Source: Ignicoccus pacificus DSM 13166 (GTDB lineage Archaea > Thermoproteota > Thermoprotei_A > Sulfolobales > Ignicoccaceae). From it: a stretch of 32,000 bases of DNA. A program made the translations under genes and the position numbers. This document shows positions 8,678 through 18,013 of this stretch, one piece after another. Within the stretch, counting starts at the first letter, position 1, and each line of letters begins with the position of its first letter. The notes under the pieces were generated by a model. That model ran no database searches and was not told the DNA's origin. It saw nothing but the letters and a program-made list of their open reading frames with translations. The DNA is taken from NCBI GenBank assembly GCA_025340205.1, contig CP006868.1, positions 1,410,001-1,442,000 on the forward strand, given 5' to 3'.

Positions 8678-9202
8678 TTGGAAGAAGAAGAGCTTCTTAG
8701 GTTCATTAGAGAACAATTCTTGAGCAAGGCTCTCTTCCAATTCCTCTATCAAGAGGCCTCCCGCTTGTTCGGGGACACAGCAGCTAGACAGCTCTTGTTT
8801 AAGATAATGAAGGAATCGACGAAAATGGCGGTAAAGGAGGCCCAAGGATATGTAAAAGAACTAATAGATCCTAACAAGCCGTGCGAGTCCTTCAAGCTGG
8901 TTTACAAGGTCTTTGGGATAAGCGACGTCGAATGCGAGGTTAGCGGAAACAAGGCTCATCTGATAATAAAGAACTGTCCTCTGCCTAAGAAGTACGATCC
9001 CGAGGGCAAGGGGAACGCTTGCGTGGCCATGATAGCGATAGTGGCTGGCATGGTAGAGGAGATCATGGGAAAGAAGGTATACGTAGAAACGCCTAAGGTA
9101 AGGTTCGGGTCAGCGAGACCGGATATCGTGGTGGAGATGAAGAAGAACATACTTATGGGAGATCCTTACTGCGAGTTCGAAGCGGAGATGAAAACGAGCT
9201 GA
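8678..9202 (+). CDS. Hypothetical protein, possibly V4R-like (hydrocarbon-binding) domain
   Basis: 174 aa, TTG start with SD TAGGAGG; C-terminal GDPYCEFEAEMK resembles the terminal GDP-x-CxF motif of V4R/methanogen-output-like domains. Weak assignment. Confidence 0.5.
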   Translation: MEEEELLRFIREQFLSKALFQFLYQEASRLFGDTAARQLLFKIMKESTKMAVKEAQGYVKELIDPNKPCESFKLVYKVFGISDVECEVSGNKAHLIIKNCPLPKKYDPEGKGNACVAMIAIVAGMVEEIMGKKVYVETPKVRFGSARPDIVVEMKKNILMGDPYCEFEAEMKTS

Positions 9203-9264
9203 GAGCAATCACGTGAAGACGGTTTTCCTTTTGAAGGAGTGTAGTAGGAGGGGCGGGAGAACTA

Positions 9265-10194
9265 TTGGAAACGCTTTACTTCGTGCTCTCCGGCGCTCAC
9301 CGAACCATACCGTTTGAGGAGGTCAGAGCGCTTCATGAAGCAGAGGAGTGTCCGCTGAGGGTACTCTCAGAACACTTTGGGTTAGTTCTAGCTGAAGGAG
9401 ATCCCGAATGCTCCTCGAGGATCATGTACAGATCCGCCTTCGTAAAGGAAGTAGGAGAGGTGTTCGCCATAGGTGACGACGTAGGCGTTAGCGTGTTCAA
9501 AGATTTTCAATGCAGTAGATACCACTTGAGGAAGCTGGGGGGACTCAAGGTCCCGAGGTTCGAGGACTTGCTGAAGGGAGAGGGGATTTGTAGGATTGTG
9601 GTCACTGAGGGCTTCTACTTGATTGGGAGGACGTTGGCGAAGAGGAAGGAAGGGAAGAGCAAGAAGGGACCCTTCTTCTCTCCAGGATCGATGGATCCCA
9701 TATTAGCAAGAGCCATGGTGAACCTAAGCAGGCTCAAGAGAGGGGGAACGTTCTTAGACCCGTTCTGCGGGACGGCGGTCTACGCCATAGAGGCCAGCAA
9801 GGTCGCTGGAAGGACCTATTGTTCCGACTTAGATCCAGCAATGTGCTACGGCGGAAGGATAAACACCCAGTGGGCCGGAGTGCTAGGAGATAACATACTT
9901 TCAGATTCGTATTACCTACCGTTTAGGAATTCCTCCATCCAAGCCATAGCGACCGATCCTCCTTATGGAAGGAGCGTCGTAAGCTTAGCCCACAGGCCGG
10001 AGGAACTCCTCCTGGGATTCTTAGAAAGGGCATATGAGGTCCTTAAGCCTGGAAGCTGGATAGCCTTCGCCTCCTCCTCTAAGGTGAACGTTCCTGAGGT
10101 CATAGCCTCCACTTCCTTTGAGCTCGGAAGGTGCCACGTTCAGAGGGTGCACAGAAGCTTGGCTAGGCTCATATGCACCGCTAGGAAGCCTTGA
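9265..10194 (+). CDS. tRNA (guanine-N2)-methyltransferase, Trm-G10/Trm11 type
   Basis: Class I SAM fold FLDPFCGTAVYAIEAS, N2-guanine methyltransferase motif ATDPPYGRS, N-terminal THUMP-like region; TTG start. Confidence 0.82.
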   Translation: METLYFVLSGAHRTIPFEEVRALHEAEECPLRVLSEHFGLVLAEGDPECSSRIMYRSAFVKEVGEVFAIGDDVGVSVFKDFQCSRYHLRKLGGLKVPRFEDLLKGEGICRIVVTEGFYLIGRTLAKRKEGKSKKGPFFSPGSMDPILARAMVNLSRLKRGGTFLDPFCGTAVYAIEASKVAGRTYCSDLDPAMCYGGRINTQWAGVLGDNILSDSYYLPFRNSSIQAIATDPPYGRSVVSLAHRPEELLLGFLERAYEVLKPGSWIAFASSSKVNVPEVIASTSFELGRCHVQRVHRSLARLICTARKP

Positions 10195-11008
10195 GCTCGT
10201 AGGCCTCCACGGTACCGTCTTCAAGACCTACTACCAACTCCTCTCCCCATCCAACCCCCCACGGAGGGGAGCGGAAGCTCTCCTTAGCTATCAGATTACC
10301 TCTCCTCGAATAAACCCTCAACTTCCCTCTCTTAGCGTCGCTGAAGGCCACGTAGTTGCAGTCAGGAGAAAAGGCCACGTTCCAAGGTTTCTCAATACCG
10401 CTCTTTATCCATATGTCCTTTATCCTGCCCATATCTGATATGTCAAGCAACGCCACCTTCCCTCTCGCAGCTATTGCTAGCATCTTGTCACAAGTCGCTA
10501 CATCGTAAACAGGGCTTCCTACGGGTAGATCCATCATTAACATCCCGGTATCTTTGAGTAATATCGAAACCTTCTTTCCGTGGTCTGGGACGAATAGATA
10601 ACCTTGCCAATAGGCCGGTCCGTTTGCTACGTACCCTACCTTAATGTTCCATATCCTGTTACCGTTTACGTCGTACAAGGCGCACTCCTCTCCACAAGTA
10701 ACGAAGCCGTCCGCGAGCATGGTAACCGCTATGCTCTTCGGGAGCCCTACGTGGAACTTCTGAAGAAGCTTCCCCTCCTCGCTCACCATGTAGACGTTTC
10801 CATCATAGTTTCCAAAGAGGAAAGTGCCTTTGTAAACAGAGACGTCGCTGCTCTCGTTGTCTCCGCAAATCCTGGCCTTCAACTCTCCTCCTTCCACTAT
10901 CTCCATACAATCTCTTGCAAGGGCATACTTTCCGTTCCAATAAGCTATTGCGACGGTGGATGACTTCGTCTTAGGTCTATACCTCCAGACCCTCTTGAGC
11001 TCTGCCAT
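10181..11008 (-). CDS. Intracellular beta-propeller-like (WD40/PQQ-like) repeat protein
   Basis: 275 aa, no signal peptide, recurring blade-like segments (GNYDGNVYMVSEEGKLLQKF, NVAFSPDCNYVAFSDAKRGKLRVYSRRGNLIAKE). Overlaps the 3' end of the convergent methyltransferase by 14 nt. Confidence 0.65.
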   Translation of the reverse strand: MAELKRVWRYRPKTKSSTVAIAYWNGKYALARDCMEIVEGGELKARICGDNESSDVSVYKGTFLFGNYDGNVYMVSEEGKLLQKFHVGLPKSIAVTMLADGFVTCGEECALYDVNGNRIWNIKVGYVANGPAYWQGYLFVPDHGKKVSILLKDTGMLMMDLPVGSPVYDVATCDKMLAIAARGKVALLDISDMGRIKDIWIKSGIEKPWNVAFSPDCNYVAFSDAKRGKLRVYSRRGNLIAKESFRSPPWGVGWGEELVVGLEDGTVEAYELKAS

Positions 11009-11048
11009 CTCAGCGCCCCGTCTAGTGCTCGAATTAGCGTAAAAGGGT

Positions 11049-11882
11049 CTAGGAGAGCGACTTGACGTAGTAGGTAAGGCTGTAGGAGGACGAGTCTATC
11101 TCGACCTTCACCTTACCCGTGGGCATTCCCAAATGAGGACACCACATGACTATGGTATAGGTACCTGGACCGAGCTTAACTGTGTTGAAGGAAGGCAAGT
11201 AGACCCATGTGCCGGAGGTATCGTTATAGTAGACCTTGACGTCGCCAGAGTATCCGACATAGGTCTCTTGAGGAGATGGAGTGGGATTGAAGTACGTCTC
11301 ATACCTATCGCTTCCAACGAAAGTCCCCTCCGGAATTCCAGCCACCACCGTCGCCCAAGGAGGGGCCTTTCCGGTATCGCTCACGACCTTGAACCAGCTC
11401 ACCCCTATGTCGTTAGCGCTCGCCTCTCCTACATCGCTTCCACATCCGGAGCTCACGAAGTACGCCCCCGGATAGATGGCGTCATCGTCATCCAGAGCTC
11501 CTTTGACTAACCCGTAGTACCCGGCCACCCTAACTGCCTTGCAGTTGTAATCACGAGCGTTGCTAGCTCCTCCAGATAAGACGAAGCTGGTAGCTTGACA
11601 TACCACGTTGTCGCCGAAGTAGAGCCTAACCGACTGAAGCTCAAAGTTCCTCATAGTATTCCTGAAAGATATCAAGATGAAGTAAGAGCTTGGCAGTGGT
11701 TTTGTCGCGGGAATGCCTTCGGCAACCGCTATCACCTCGCTGAGCTGCGGGAAAACTCCCTTGGAGAGCATGTTCATAAGTACCATGGTCCAGCTGTATA
11801 CGACAGCGCTAAGGGCTAAGGTAATGGCAACTAACAGTATCTCGGCGATTATGGAGCTTATACCTAGCTTTCTGGTTGTCAA
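11049..11882 (-). CDS. Type IV pilin-like protein, paralog of the Iho670-like fiber protein
   Basis: Class III signal peptide RKLG|ISSIIAEILLVAITLALSAVVYSW; C-terminal half aligns with the 13622..14545 product. Confidence 0.78.
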   Translation of the reverse strand: MTTRKLGISSIIAEILLVAITLALSAVVYSWTMVLMNMLSKGVFPQLSEVIAVAEGIPATKPLPSSYFILISFRNTMRNFELQSVRLYFGDNVVCQATSFVLSGGASNARDYNCKAVRVAGYYGLVKGALDDDDAIYPGAYFVSSGCGSDVGEASANDIGVSWFKVVSDTGKAPPWATVVAGIPEGTFVGSDRYETYFNPTPSPQETYVGYSGDVKVYYNDTSGTWVYLPSFNTVKLGPGTYTIVMWCPHLGMPTGKVKVEIDSSSYSLTYYVKSLS

Positions 11883-11924
11883 AGCTCCCTATACCCTGAA
11901 AGCTATGAAAGGAGAGGAGATAAA

Positions 11925-13526
11925 CTATTGACGTCTGCGAACGAGCACGGTCAACGCTACCAGTATGGGAGCTATTATCGCGTAGGCCGCCAACGGTACA
12001 CAGAAGGCCGCCGCTACCGGTCTGTTCATCATGGACCTCAGGCCTATGGTACACGCCTCCAAGAAGTCCCACTTAGGTATTCCCCACTGGAAGTATATCC
12101 CCGCGTTGGGTGGCAAGTACTTATTCATGTATATTGTCATGTAGAGTCTCGTTCTAAGCGTCTCGTTCCTCTTTCCGTTGCTTATTAGGAACTCCCTCAC
12201 GTAGTTGTATGCTGTATGATTGCCCTCGTAGGTGTAAAGCTTCGAGCTGACGTCCTTCACTTTCAAGACGTTGTTAAGCGTAGTAGCGTAAGGAGTTAGC
12301 AAGCTCAGAGCAGAGCCGTATACTAGAGCATAAGCGAAGGTGAGGGCTGAGAGTGCTATTAAGGCATCGTAGTACCTTTTCTTCTTAGCCGCTAAGTATA
12401 TCGGTATCGCTATACTCATAATCACCGAGAGGTAGGGATGCAAGAACCCTATCAGGGAGCTCGTCGCTACTTTATCCTTACTCTTTATATATGGAACCAG
12501 AGCTACGTAAACTGCTATTATTGCTAGAGATGCCATAGTTACTACGTAATCGTACCACTCGACCTTTCTGCTAACCTTAACTATTAAGTTATAGGAGAAG
12601 TCATAGAAAGCTACAGCTGTACTCGCTAGGATTAGCAAGAACAAGGGAAGCTCGTACTTGTTCCACTTGGGCCAATCTCTCTTAAATGAGTAAAAGGTGG
12701 CCACGGCGGCTGTCACTAAGAGGGCTAGGGCCACGGAGGTTTGGACTCCGAAGAAGGGAGAGGGCATGCCTCCGTAGCCGCTGGGATAGAGCCTCGGTAA
12801 GACGAAGGCGTCGATGAAGGCGACGAAGAGCGTTAGGGCTCCTAGCTTTGACGGCTTTACGTAAAGGTATAGGGTAGAAAGGGCGAAGAAGATCAAGGCT
12901 ACGTGGTAAGAGGTAGAGGGTATCGGGACTCCGAAGCCGTAGAGTCCCCAGAAGGCGGCCAGCGAAAGCGACAGAAATGCCAACACCGATGCGAACCTAC
13001 CATAAACCCTCCTCCCGGTAGCTAGGTAACCTATAGCGAGGGCCCCAGAGATGGTAAGGAGAGGTAAGTAAAGGAAGAAGAAGAACGACCTAAGAGTGCC
13101 GTAGCCCAAAGGAGGAAGCTTCGGTGGCTTTGCCAACATGGAACCGACTAAGGTTAGGTAGTTGGACCAGTAGAAGGCCAACGACAAAACAACGATCGAC
13201 GAGAGAACTAGTAGGGAGTCCTTCTCCTCTTTGATTCCTATTAGTGCTAATACCAAGGAGAATAGAGGTATAACGAATGTGGGTAAGGTGAGGGAGACTA
13301 TGATCCTCTCAATTAACGAGCTCCCGCAGTTCATCCAGAACCACTCGACGAGCCAGTAAACGTGACAAGTAGCGAAGGAGTAGAGTTCTAAGATCATGGG
13401 AACGAGTAAAAGTAACGAGAACAACGTTACCCTCTTTACTCCCACTATCCTCTTCGCTATTACCGATGCTAATGGCATTGACGCTATGAAGACGTAAAGC
13501 ACGAACGCGTTCACTTCTAACCCCAA
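11925..13526 (-). CDS. Polytopic membrane protein (10 or more predicted TM segments), between the two pilin-like genes
   Basis: 533 aa, dominated by hydrophobic segments; one larger hydrophilic segment near the C-terminus (NVLKVKDVSSKLYTYEGNHTAYN...PKWDFLEAC). Confidence 0.75.
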   Translation of the reverse strand: MGLEVNAFVLYVFIASMPLASVIAKRIVGVKRVTLFSLLLLVPMILELYSFATCHVYWLVEWFWMNCGSSLIERIIVSLTLPTFVIPLFSLVLALIGIKEEKDSLLVLSSIVVLSLAFYWSNYLTLVGSMLAKPPKLPPLGYGTLRSFFFFLYLPLLTISGALAIGYLATGRRVYGRFASVLAFLSLSLAAFWGLYGFGVPIPSTSYHVALIFFALSTLYLYVKPSKLGALTLFVAFIDAFVLPRLYPSGYGGMPSPFFGVQTSVALALLVTAAVATFYSFKRDWPKWNKYELPLFLLILASTAVAFYDFSYNLIVKVSRKVEWYDYVVTMASLAIIAVYVALVPYIKSKDKVATSSLIGFLHPYLSVIMSIAIPIYLAAKKKRYYDALIALSALTFAYALVYGSALSLLTPYATTLNNVLKVKDVSSKLYTYEGNHTAYNYVREFLISNGKRNETLRTRLYMTIYMNKYLPPNAGIYFQWGIPKWDFLEACTIGLRSMMNRPVAAAFCVPLAAYAIIAPILVALTVLVRRRQ

Positions 13527-13605
13527 CGGTAAGAAGAGGAAGGACTAATAACTAGGAACGATGATCGAGGAGAGGAATGGAAGGACATAATTTCTAAAGG
13601 TGCTC

Positions 13606-13616
13606 AAATAAAAAAC
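13606..13616 (-). terminator. T-rich transcription terminator after the fiber pilin gene
   Basis: On the minus strand the pilin stop is followed by AACCCGTTTTTTATTTGAG; oligo-T tracts are archaeal terminators. Confidence 0.5.
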
Positions 13617-13621
13617 GGGTT

Positions 13622-14545
13622 TTACTGGACAGTCAGAGGTATCATAGTCTCCCAAGTGCTGCCGTCCTGGAACTGGATCCTCACTTGTACGCTGTTCATC
13701 ACGTTGGGGTTGACTTGAGGACACCAGACCACTAGGCTCCAGTCGTCCTGTCCGACCTTGGCTAGATCGAAGGTCGGTATGGCATTAGTCTTAGCGGTGT
13801 TGTAGGCTAGGTAGTCACCGGTCCACCTGTCGAACCTTATGTTAGCGTTAGTGCTGTTGAAGTAGGTCTCCACCTTCTGGTTGCTGACGTACTGCACGTT
13901 CCATACTTGGGCCACTACGGTGGCGAAGGGCACGTTCCTGTCGAACGCTAGGTTGCTCTTCGTGCTGTTGTTATAGAAGGCGTAGCCCAGCTTGTTGAAG
14001 TCAGCGGGGTTATCGGCCTTGGTCCTGTTGTTGACCACTATTCCTCCAGGAGCGTAAGTGTCGTTGCCGTCAAGGGTGCCTATGGTGTTGCCCACGTAAC
14101 CACCGAAGTCTAGTCCGCTGACCTTGGGGACGCTGAATCCGGTGGTAGCACCGGTGTGCTGTACGTCCCAAGCGCTTAGGGCGAAGGCGGAGTAGTGGCA
14201 GATCACCCTACCAGCGTAGATCACGTCGACGTTGTCCAGGGTTATTAGGTTCATTCCAGCGCCCTGTCCTCCTACAGCAGCGGGAGGAGCCTTGAAGCTG
14301 ATTACAAGCACTGGTCTGTTGGAAGTGAAGTTCTCGGCAGATAGGTAGCCGTCCTTGACGGAGTTACCTAGCGCCCAGGTGGCCTGGATGACAGTCAAGG
14401 TCTTACCGGTGACCTTGCTGCCGGCCACGTTGGCGCTGAGGCTGCTCACCCAAGTGTAGAGGAGCACGGCGGCAGCGACGGCGATGAGGATCAACAGTAG
14501 GGTGGCTATGACGGGAGAGACTCCCTTCTTCTTCAGGGCCTTCAT
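13622..14545 (-). CDS. Surface fiber protein, type IV pilin-like, Iho670-like
   Basis: MKALKKKGVSPVIATLLLILIAVAAAVLLYTWVSSL archaeal prepilin signature, 307 aa from the Met at 14545 with SD GAGGTGA; size and architecture match the about 33-kDa Iho670 fiber protein of Ignicoccus hospitalis (from memory, not searched). The track start at 14620 looks like an over-extension. Confidence 0.8.
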   Translation of the reverse strand: MKALKKKGVSPVIATLLLILIAVAAAVLLYTWVSSLSANVAGSKVTGKTLTVIQATWALGNSVKDGYLSAENFTSNRPVLVISFKAPPAAVGGQGAGMNLITLDNVDVIYAGRVICHYSAFALSAWDVQHTGATTGFSVPKVSGLDFGGYVGNTIGTLDGNDTYAPGGIVVNNRTKADNPADFNKLGYAFYNNSTKSNLAFDRNVPFATVVAQVWNVQYVSNQKVETYFNSTNANIRFDRWTGDYLAYNTAKTNAIPTFDLAKVGQDDWSLVVWCPQVNPNVMNSVQVRIQFQDGSTWETMIPLTVQ

Positions 14546-14583
14546 GTCTTTCACCTCTTCTCGTGGTGTGCTATCTAGTAATG

Positions 14584-14594
14584 GCTTATAAGAT
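14584..14594 (-). promoter_or_regulatory. TATA box of the fiber pilin gene
   Basis: CATCTTATAAGCC on the minus strand, about 40 nt upstream of the preferred ATG at 14545. Confidence 0.5.
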
Positions 14595-14726
14595 GGGGTA
14601 GGCTTCTGCGCCGCAAACATGAATTCCTATTCGAATCATCTTTCAGGCAAAGTCTCTGAAACGTTCCCAAGAGATTGAGGAGTCCAGAGTTATTATTTCT
14701 GTCGCACAGAATTTGGGGGAAGGTCA

Positions 14727-15524
14727 TTGAAGCTGTTTGCAGTTATAGGCCACCCCATAAAGCACTCCCTTTCACCTCAGCTACATAGAATAGCATTTAG
14801 ACTCATTGGAGAAGATGCAACTTACACCAAGGTAGACGTCCACCCAGAAAGTCTCGAGACATTCATGGAAGTCGCTCCGCTAGTTTTTAAGGGCTTGAAC
14901 GTAACCATACCCCACAAAGAAAGGGTTTATGAGCTTGTCGACGAAGTAATGGGAGTTGCTTCGGAAGTAAAGGCTGTCAACACCGTCCTATTCGAGGATT
15001 CCAGAAGCTACGGCTTTAACACTGACGTGAAGGGTGTTAGGATGGCAATAGAAAGTGAGGTTAATGCTAGGGGCATGAAGGTGGCGATCCTCGGTGCTGG
15101 AGGCGCTGCGAGGGCCGCGGTGGTAGCGTTTTACAAGGACTGTAAAGTAACCGTGTTCAATAGGACCCTAGAGAAGGCGCAACGGTTGGCGAGGGAATTT
15201 GGAGTAGAGGCTCGCCCTCTCAAGGACTACGAAGAGATAAGGAGACATAATATAATAATCAATGCAACGCCAGTAGGAATGGACGGAAGGAGTACACCTA
15301 TTCCTATTGAGGTAATAGAAAGGAATCACGTCGTTATGGATATGGTTTACCGTCCTCTCTTCACGCCCCTCCTCAAAGGAGCGCTGAGAAGGGGTGCAAA
15401 GACGGTCGATGGGTTGAGGATGCTCGTCATTCAAGGATTGGAAAGCGAGAAGATATGGTTAGGAAAGGCTCCGGATTGGAAGGTCGTCTACATGAAGTTA
15501 TTAGCTGAGCTGGCGAACGGATGA
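14727..15524 (+). CDS. aroE: Shikimate dehydrogenase
   Basis: GHPIKHSLSPQLHRIAF, GLNVTIPHKE, ILGAGGAARAAV, NATPVGMDG; TTG start. Confidence 0.95.
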   Translation: MKLFAVIGHPIKHSLSPQLHRIAFRLIGEDATYTKVDVHPESLETFMEVAPLVFKGLNVTIPHKERVYELVDEVMGVASEVKAVNTVLFEDSRSYGFNTDVKGVRMAIESEVNARGMKVAILGAGGAARAAVVAFYKDCKVTVFNRTLEKAQRLAREFGVEARPLKDYEEIRRHNIIINATPVGMDGRSTPIPIEVIERNHVVMDMVYRPLFTPLLKGALRRGAKTVDGLRMLVIQGLESEKIWLGKAPDWKVVYMKLLAELANG

Positions 15525-15526
15525 TC

Positions 15527-16093
15527 TCACTTCTCCTTCTCCACCTTTATCCCAGCCATGTAAAGCAACATTTGTCCCATCATCTTCTTCAGCTCTTTCA
15601 TATCATCAACTAAGAGGTCGACCTTGTTGTCAAGCCTAGCGACCGCTACCTTAAGCTCCTCCACATCTTTCTCAAGCTCATAAACTCTATGCTCCAAGGA
15701 GTCGAGCCTCTTGTTGGTATCGTCTATGCGTTTGGTCAAATCTAACCTTAAGTCATCTATCCTTTTGTTCAGTTCATCCCTAACTAGCTCTATCTTCTTG
15801 TCCAGCCTTTCCTCCGTCGCTTTGATATCATCCCTAAGCCTCTTCTCACAGCTATCTATCTTCTTGTCCAGTCTTCCTTCAGTTTCCTTTATCATTTCCC
15901 TATTCAGCTGAATCTGCTTGGCTAGTTCATCGTACCTAAGCCTCACCTCATTCAAAACCATGAAGAGCAATAGGAAGTTCGCTTCTTCACTAGTCAAAGG
16001 CTTTCCGCTTTGAATTTTATTTATCAGCTCTCCGAACTTCTCTCTTGCAAAATCATAGGCAATCTCTAAGGTCTTGTCGACCAGGAAGGCCAA
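15527..16093 (-). CDS. Coiled-coil protein of unknown function
   Basis: 188 aa with repeated RLDKKI.../KRIDD.../NKRLDSLEHRVYELEKDVEEL heptad-like segments. Confidence 0.7.
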   Translation of the reverse strand: MAFLVDKTLEIAYDFAREKFGELINKIQSGKPLTSEEANFLLLFMVLNEVRLRYDELAKQIQLNREMIKETEGRLDKKIDSCEKRLRDDIKATEERLDKKIELVRDELNKRIDDLRLDLTKRIDDTNKRLDSLEHRVYELEKDVEELKVAVARLDNKVDLLVDDMKELKKMMGQMLLYMAGIKVEKEK

Positions 16094-16203
16094 TTTTATC
16101 CCTCCAATAAGATGGGGAGATTGTATTTATGCGAGAGAGTTGGGCGAAGCTAAGCCTACACAACGTAAGACCTCTCCGTCCCCACAAAGCAAGGAGAGCT
16201 CTA

Positions 16204-16674
16204 ATGGTCCTATACTTGTACTTTGATGGTCTTTGTGAGCCCAAGAACCCCGGGGGAGTAGCCACCTACGGTTTTGTAATAAGGGACGAAAGTGGTAAGG
16301 TTATCTGCAAGGGTAAGGGAGCGATAGGGGCCGGTTTCTTAGGAGATGTAACGACGAATAACATAGCCGAGTATACCGCTTTGATAAAGGCCCTCGAGTG
16401 CTTAAGGGAAAAAGGCATTAAGGATAAGGTAATCATAAGGGGCGATTCACAATTGGTGATAAGACAGCTGAAAGGAGAGTACAGCGTCCGATCGGAGAGG
16501 ATTAAACCCCTCTTCCAAAGAGCGAAGGAGCTCTTAAGAGGTCTGGATTACGTGCTCGAGTGGGTTCCTAGAAGGCTAAACGAGGAGGCAGACGCATTGA
16601 GCAGGGAGGCCTTCCGCGAGTTCGTCAAAGGCAAGGAAGAGGAGTATTATCGGTATTATGGTAAGAGGCCTTAG
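16204..16674 (+). CDS. rnhA: Ribonuclease HI
   Basis: [42 protein letters not shown] active-site regions. Start at 16204 preferred; the first 25 residues of the track ORF precede the fold. Confidence 0.9.
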   Translation: MVLYLYFDGLCEPKNPGGVATYGFVIRDESGKVICKGKGAIGAGFLGDVTTNNIAEYTALIKALECLREKGIKDKVIIRGDSQLVIRQLKGEYSVRSERIKPLFQRAKELLRGLDYVLEWVPRRLNEEADALSREAFREFVKGKEEEYYRYYGKRP

Positions 16675-17888
16675 ATTGTGTGGAACTGGAACTCCTTCTT
16701 CTGGCTTACCCTGTAGGTGGCCCCTATCCTCTTTGACAACACCTTCTCTATCGCCTTCTCGAAGTCCTCCATTGTAACCATCCTCCTTCCAGCCCTTATA
16801 GCGTTGTATCCGGCCTCGGTCACTATGGCCTTTATGTCCGCTCCCGTAGCGCCCTCCGTCATCTCCGCTATCTTCTCCAAGTTCACGTCTGGGGCCAGCT
16901 TCATCTTCCTCGTGTGTATTTGGAGTATCTCCAACCTTCCCTTCTTGTCCGGAGGCGGTATGTAGACTATCCTGTCGAACCTTCCGGGCCTCAGGATGGC
17001 CGGGTCCAGTATGTCCAGCCTGTTGGTAGCTGCTATCACAGCTACTCCGCTCAGGGGATCGAAGCCGTCGAGCTCGGCTAGGAGTTGCATCAAGGTCCTC
17101 TGAACTTCCCTCTCTCCGCTGGTTCCCATCTCTATTCTCTTAGCCGCTATAGCGTCTATCTCGTCAATGAACACTATGCTCGGAGCCTTCTTCCTAGCTA
17201 GGTTGAAGACGTCTCTGACTATCCTAGCTCCCTCTCCTATGAACTTGTTGATCAGCTCGCTTCCTACGACCCTTATGAAGGTGGCTCCCACTTCTCCCGC
17301 TACCGCTCTGGCGATGAGGGTCTTTCCACATCCGGGGGGACCGTAAAGCAACACCCCCTTGAGGGGCTCCACTCCAAGCTCTTTGAAGAGCTCCGGGTGC
17401 TTGAGCGGGAGCTCCACTACTTCCCTTACCTCTCTTAATTGGTCCTTCAGACCTCCCACGTCGCTGTACCTAGTCTTGGGTCTCTCCACTACCTCCATTG
17501 CCTTAATGTAAGGATCTTCAAGACCCTTGAGCACTTCCAATATCATGTTGCCTCTCTGGTTTATCGCTACGCTCACTCCGGGCTTCAAGAGCTCCCTAGG
17601 TACCCTAGAGCTTACCTCCACGACTAGGGTCGGCCCAGCGCTAGACTTGACCACCGCCCTTCCGTCTGGGAGGAAGTCCAGGAAGGTGGCCTCCAACAGG
17701 GGCGGATTAGCTATCTTGTTTACCTCGTTCTTCCAATGCTCAACCTCAGCTCTAAGCCTCTTGAGCTCCTTGGATAGCTTCATTATCTTCCTCTTCAGTG
17801 CCTCAGGGTCATCCTCGTCTATCTCGAAGTACTTGGGTTTGTGCCCCACGTTGTCATCTGGTAGCGACACCATACGCTTCCCTTTCAC
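16671..17888 (-). CDS. pan: Proteasome-activating nucleotidase (AAA+ ATPase)
   Basis: 405 aa: N-terminal coiled coil, OB-like domain, [43 protein letters not shown]. Confidence 0.9.
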   Translation of the reverse strand: MKGKRMVSLPDDNVGHKPKYFEIDEDDPEALKRKIMKLSKELKRLRAEVEHWKNEVNKIANPPLLEATFLDFLPDGRAVVKSSAGPTLVVEVSSRVPRELLKPGVSVAINQRGNMILEVLKGLEDPYIKAMEVVERPKTRYSDVGGLKDQLREVREVVELPLKHPELFKELGVEPLKGVLLYGPPGCGKTLIARAVAGEVGATFIRVVGSELINKFIGEGARIVRDVFNLARKKAPSIVFIDEIDAIAAKRIEMGTSGEREVQRTLMQLLAELDGFDPLSGVAVIAATNRLDILDPAILRPGRFDRIVYIPPPDKKGRLEILQIHTRKMKLAPDVNLEKIAEMTEGATGADIKAIVTEAGYNAIRAGRRMVTMEDFEKAIEKVLSKRIGATYRVSQKKEFQFHTI

Positions 17889-18013
17889 GCTATAGTCCTC
17901 CGGAGCCTTTATAGTTCTGTAGCACCGTCTTCTACTAGTCTTACCGGAAAGCGCGCCGCTTCAATCGCTCTTATCATTTTAAAGAGTAGGAGAAAGGGTC
18001 TGGGGGAAGCTCT

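Noticed and set aside
14546-14620. 25-residue extension upstream of the fiber pilin
   Set aside because: The prepilin signal must start near MKALKKKG; an SD (GAGGTGA) and a TATA box are positioned for the ATG at 14545.
15527-16093. Possible tandem DNA repeat in the coiled-coil gene
   Set aside because: Protein-level heptad periodicity explains it; the nucleotide copies are too diverged to be a tandem repeat or CRISPR-like array.
17889-18013. Possible C/D box sRNA or tRNA in the pan/MBL divergent gap
   Set aside because: No convincing paired C (RUGAUGA) and D (CUGA) boxes or cloverleaf seen; the gap is explained by two divergent promoters.
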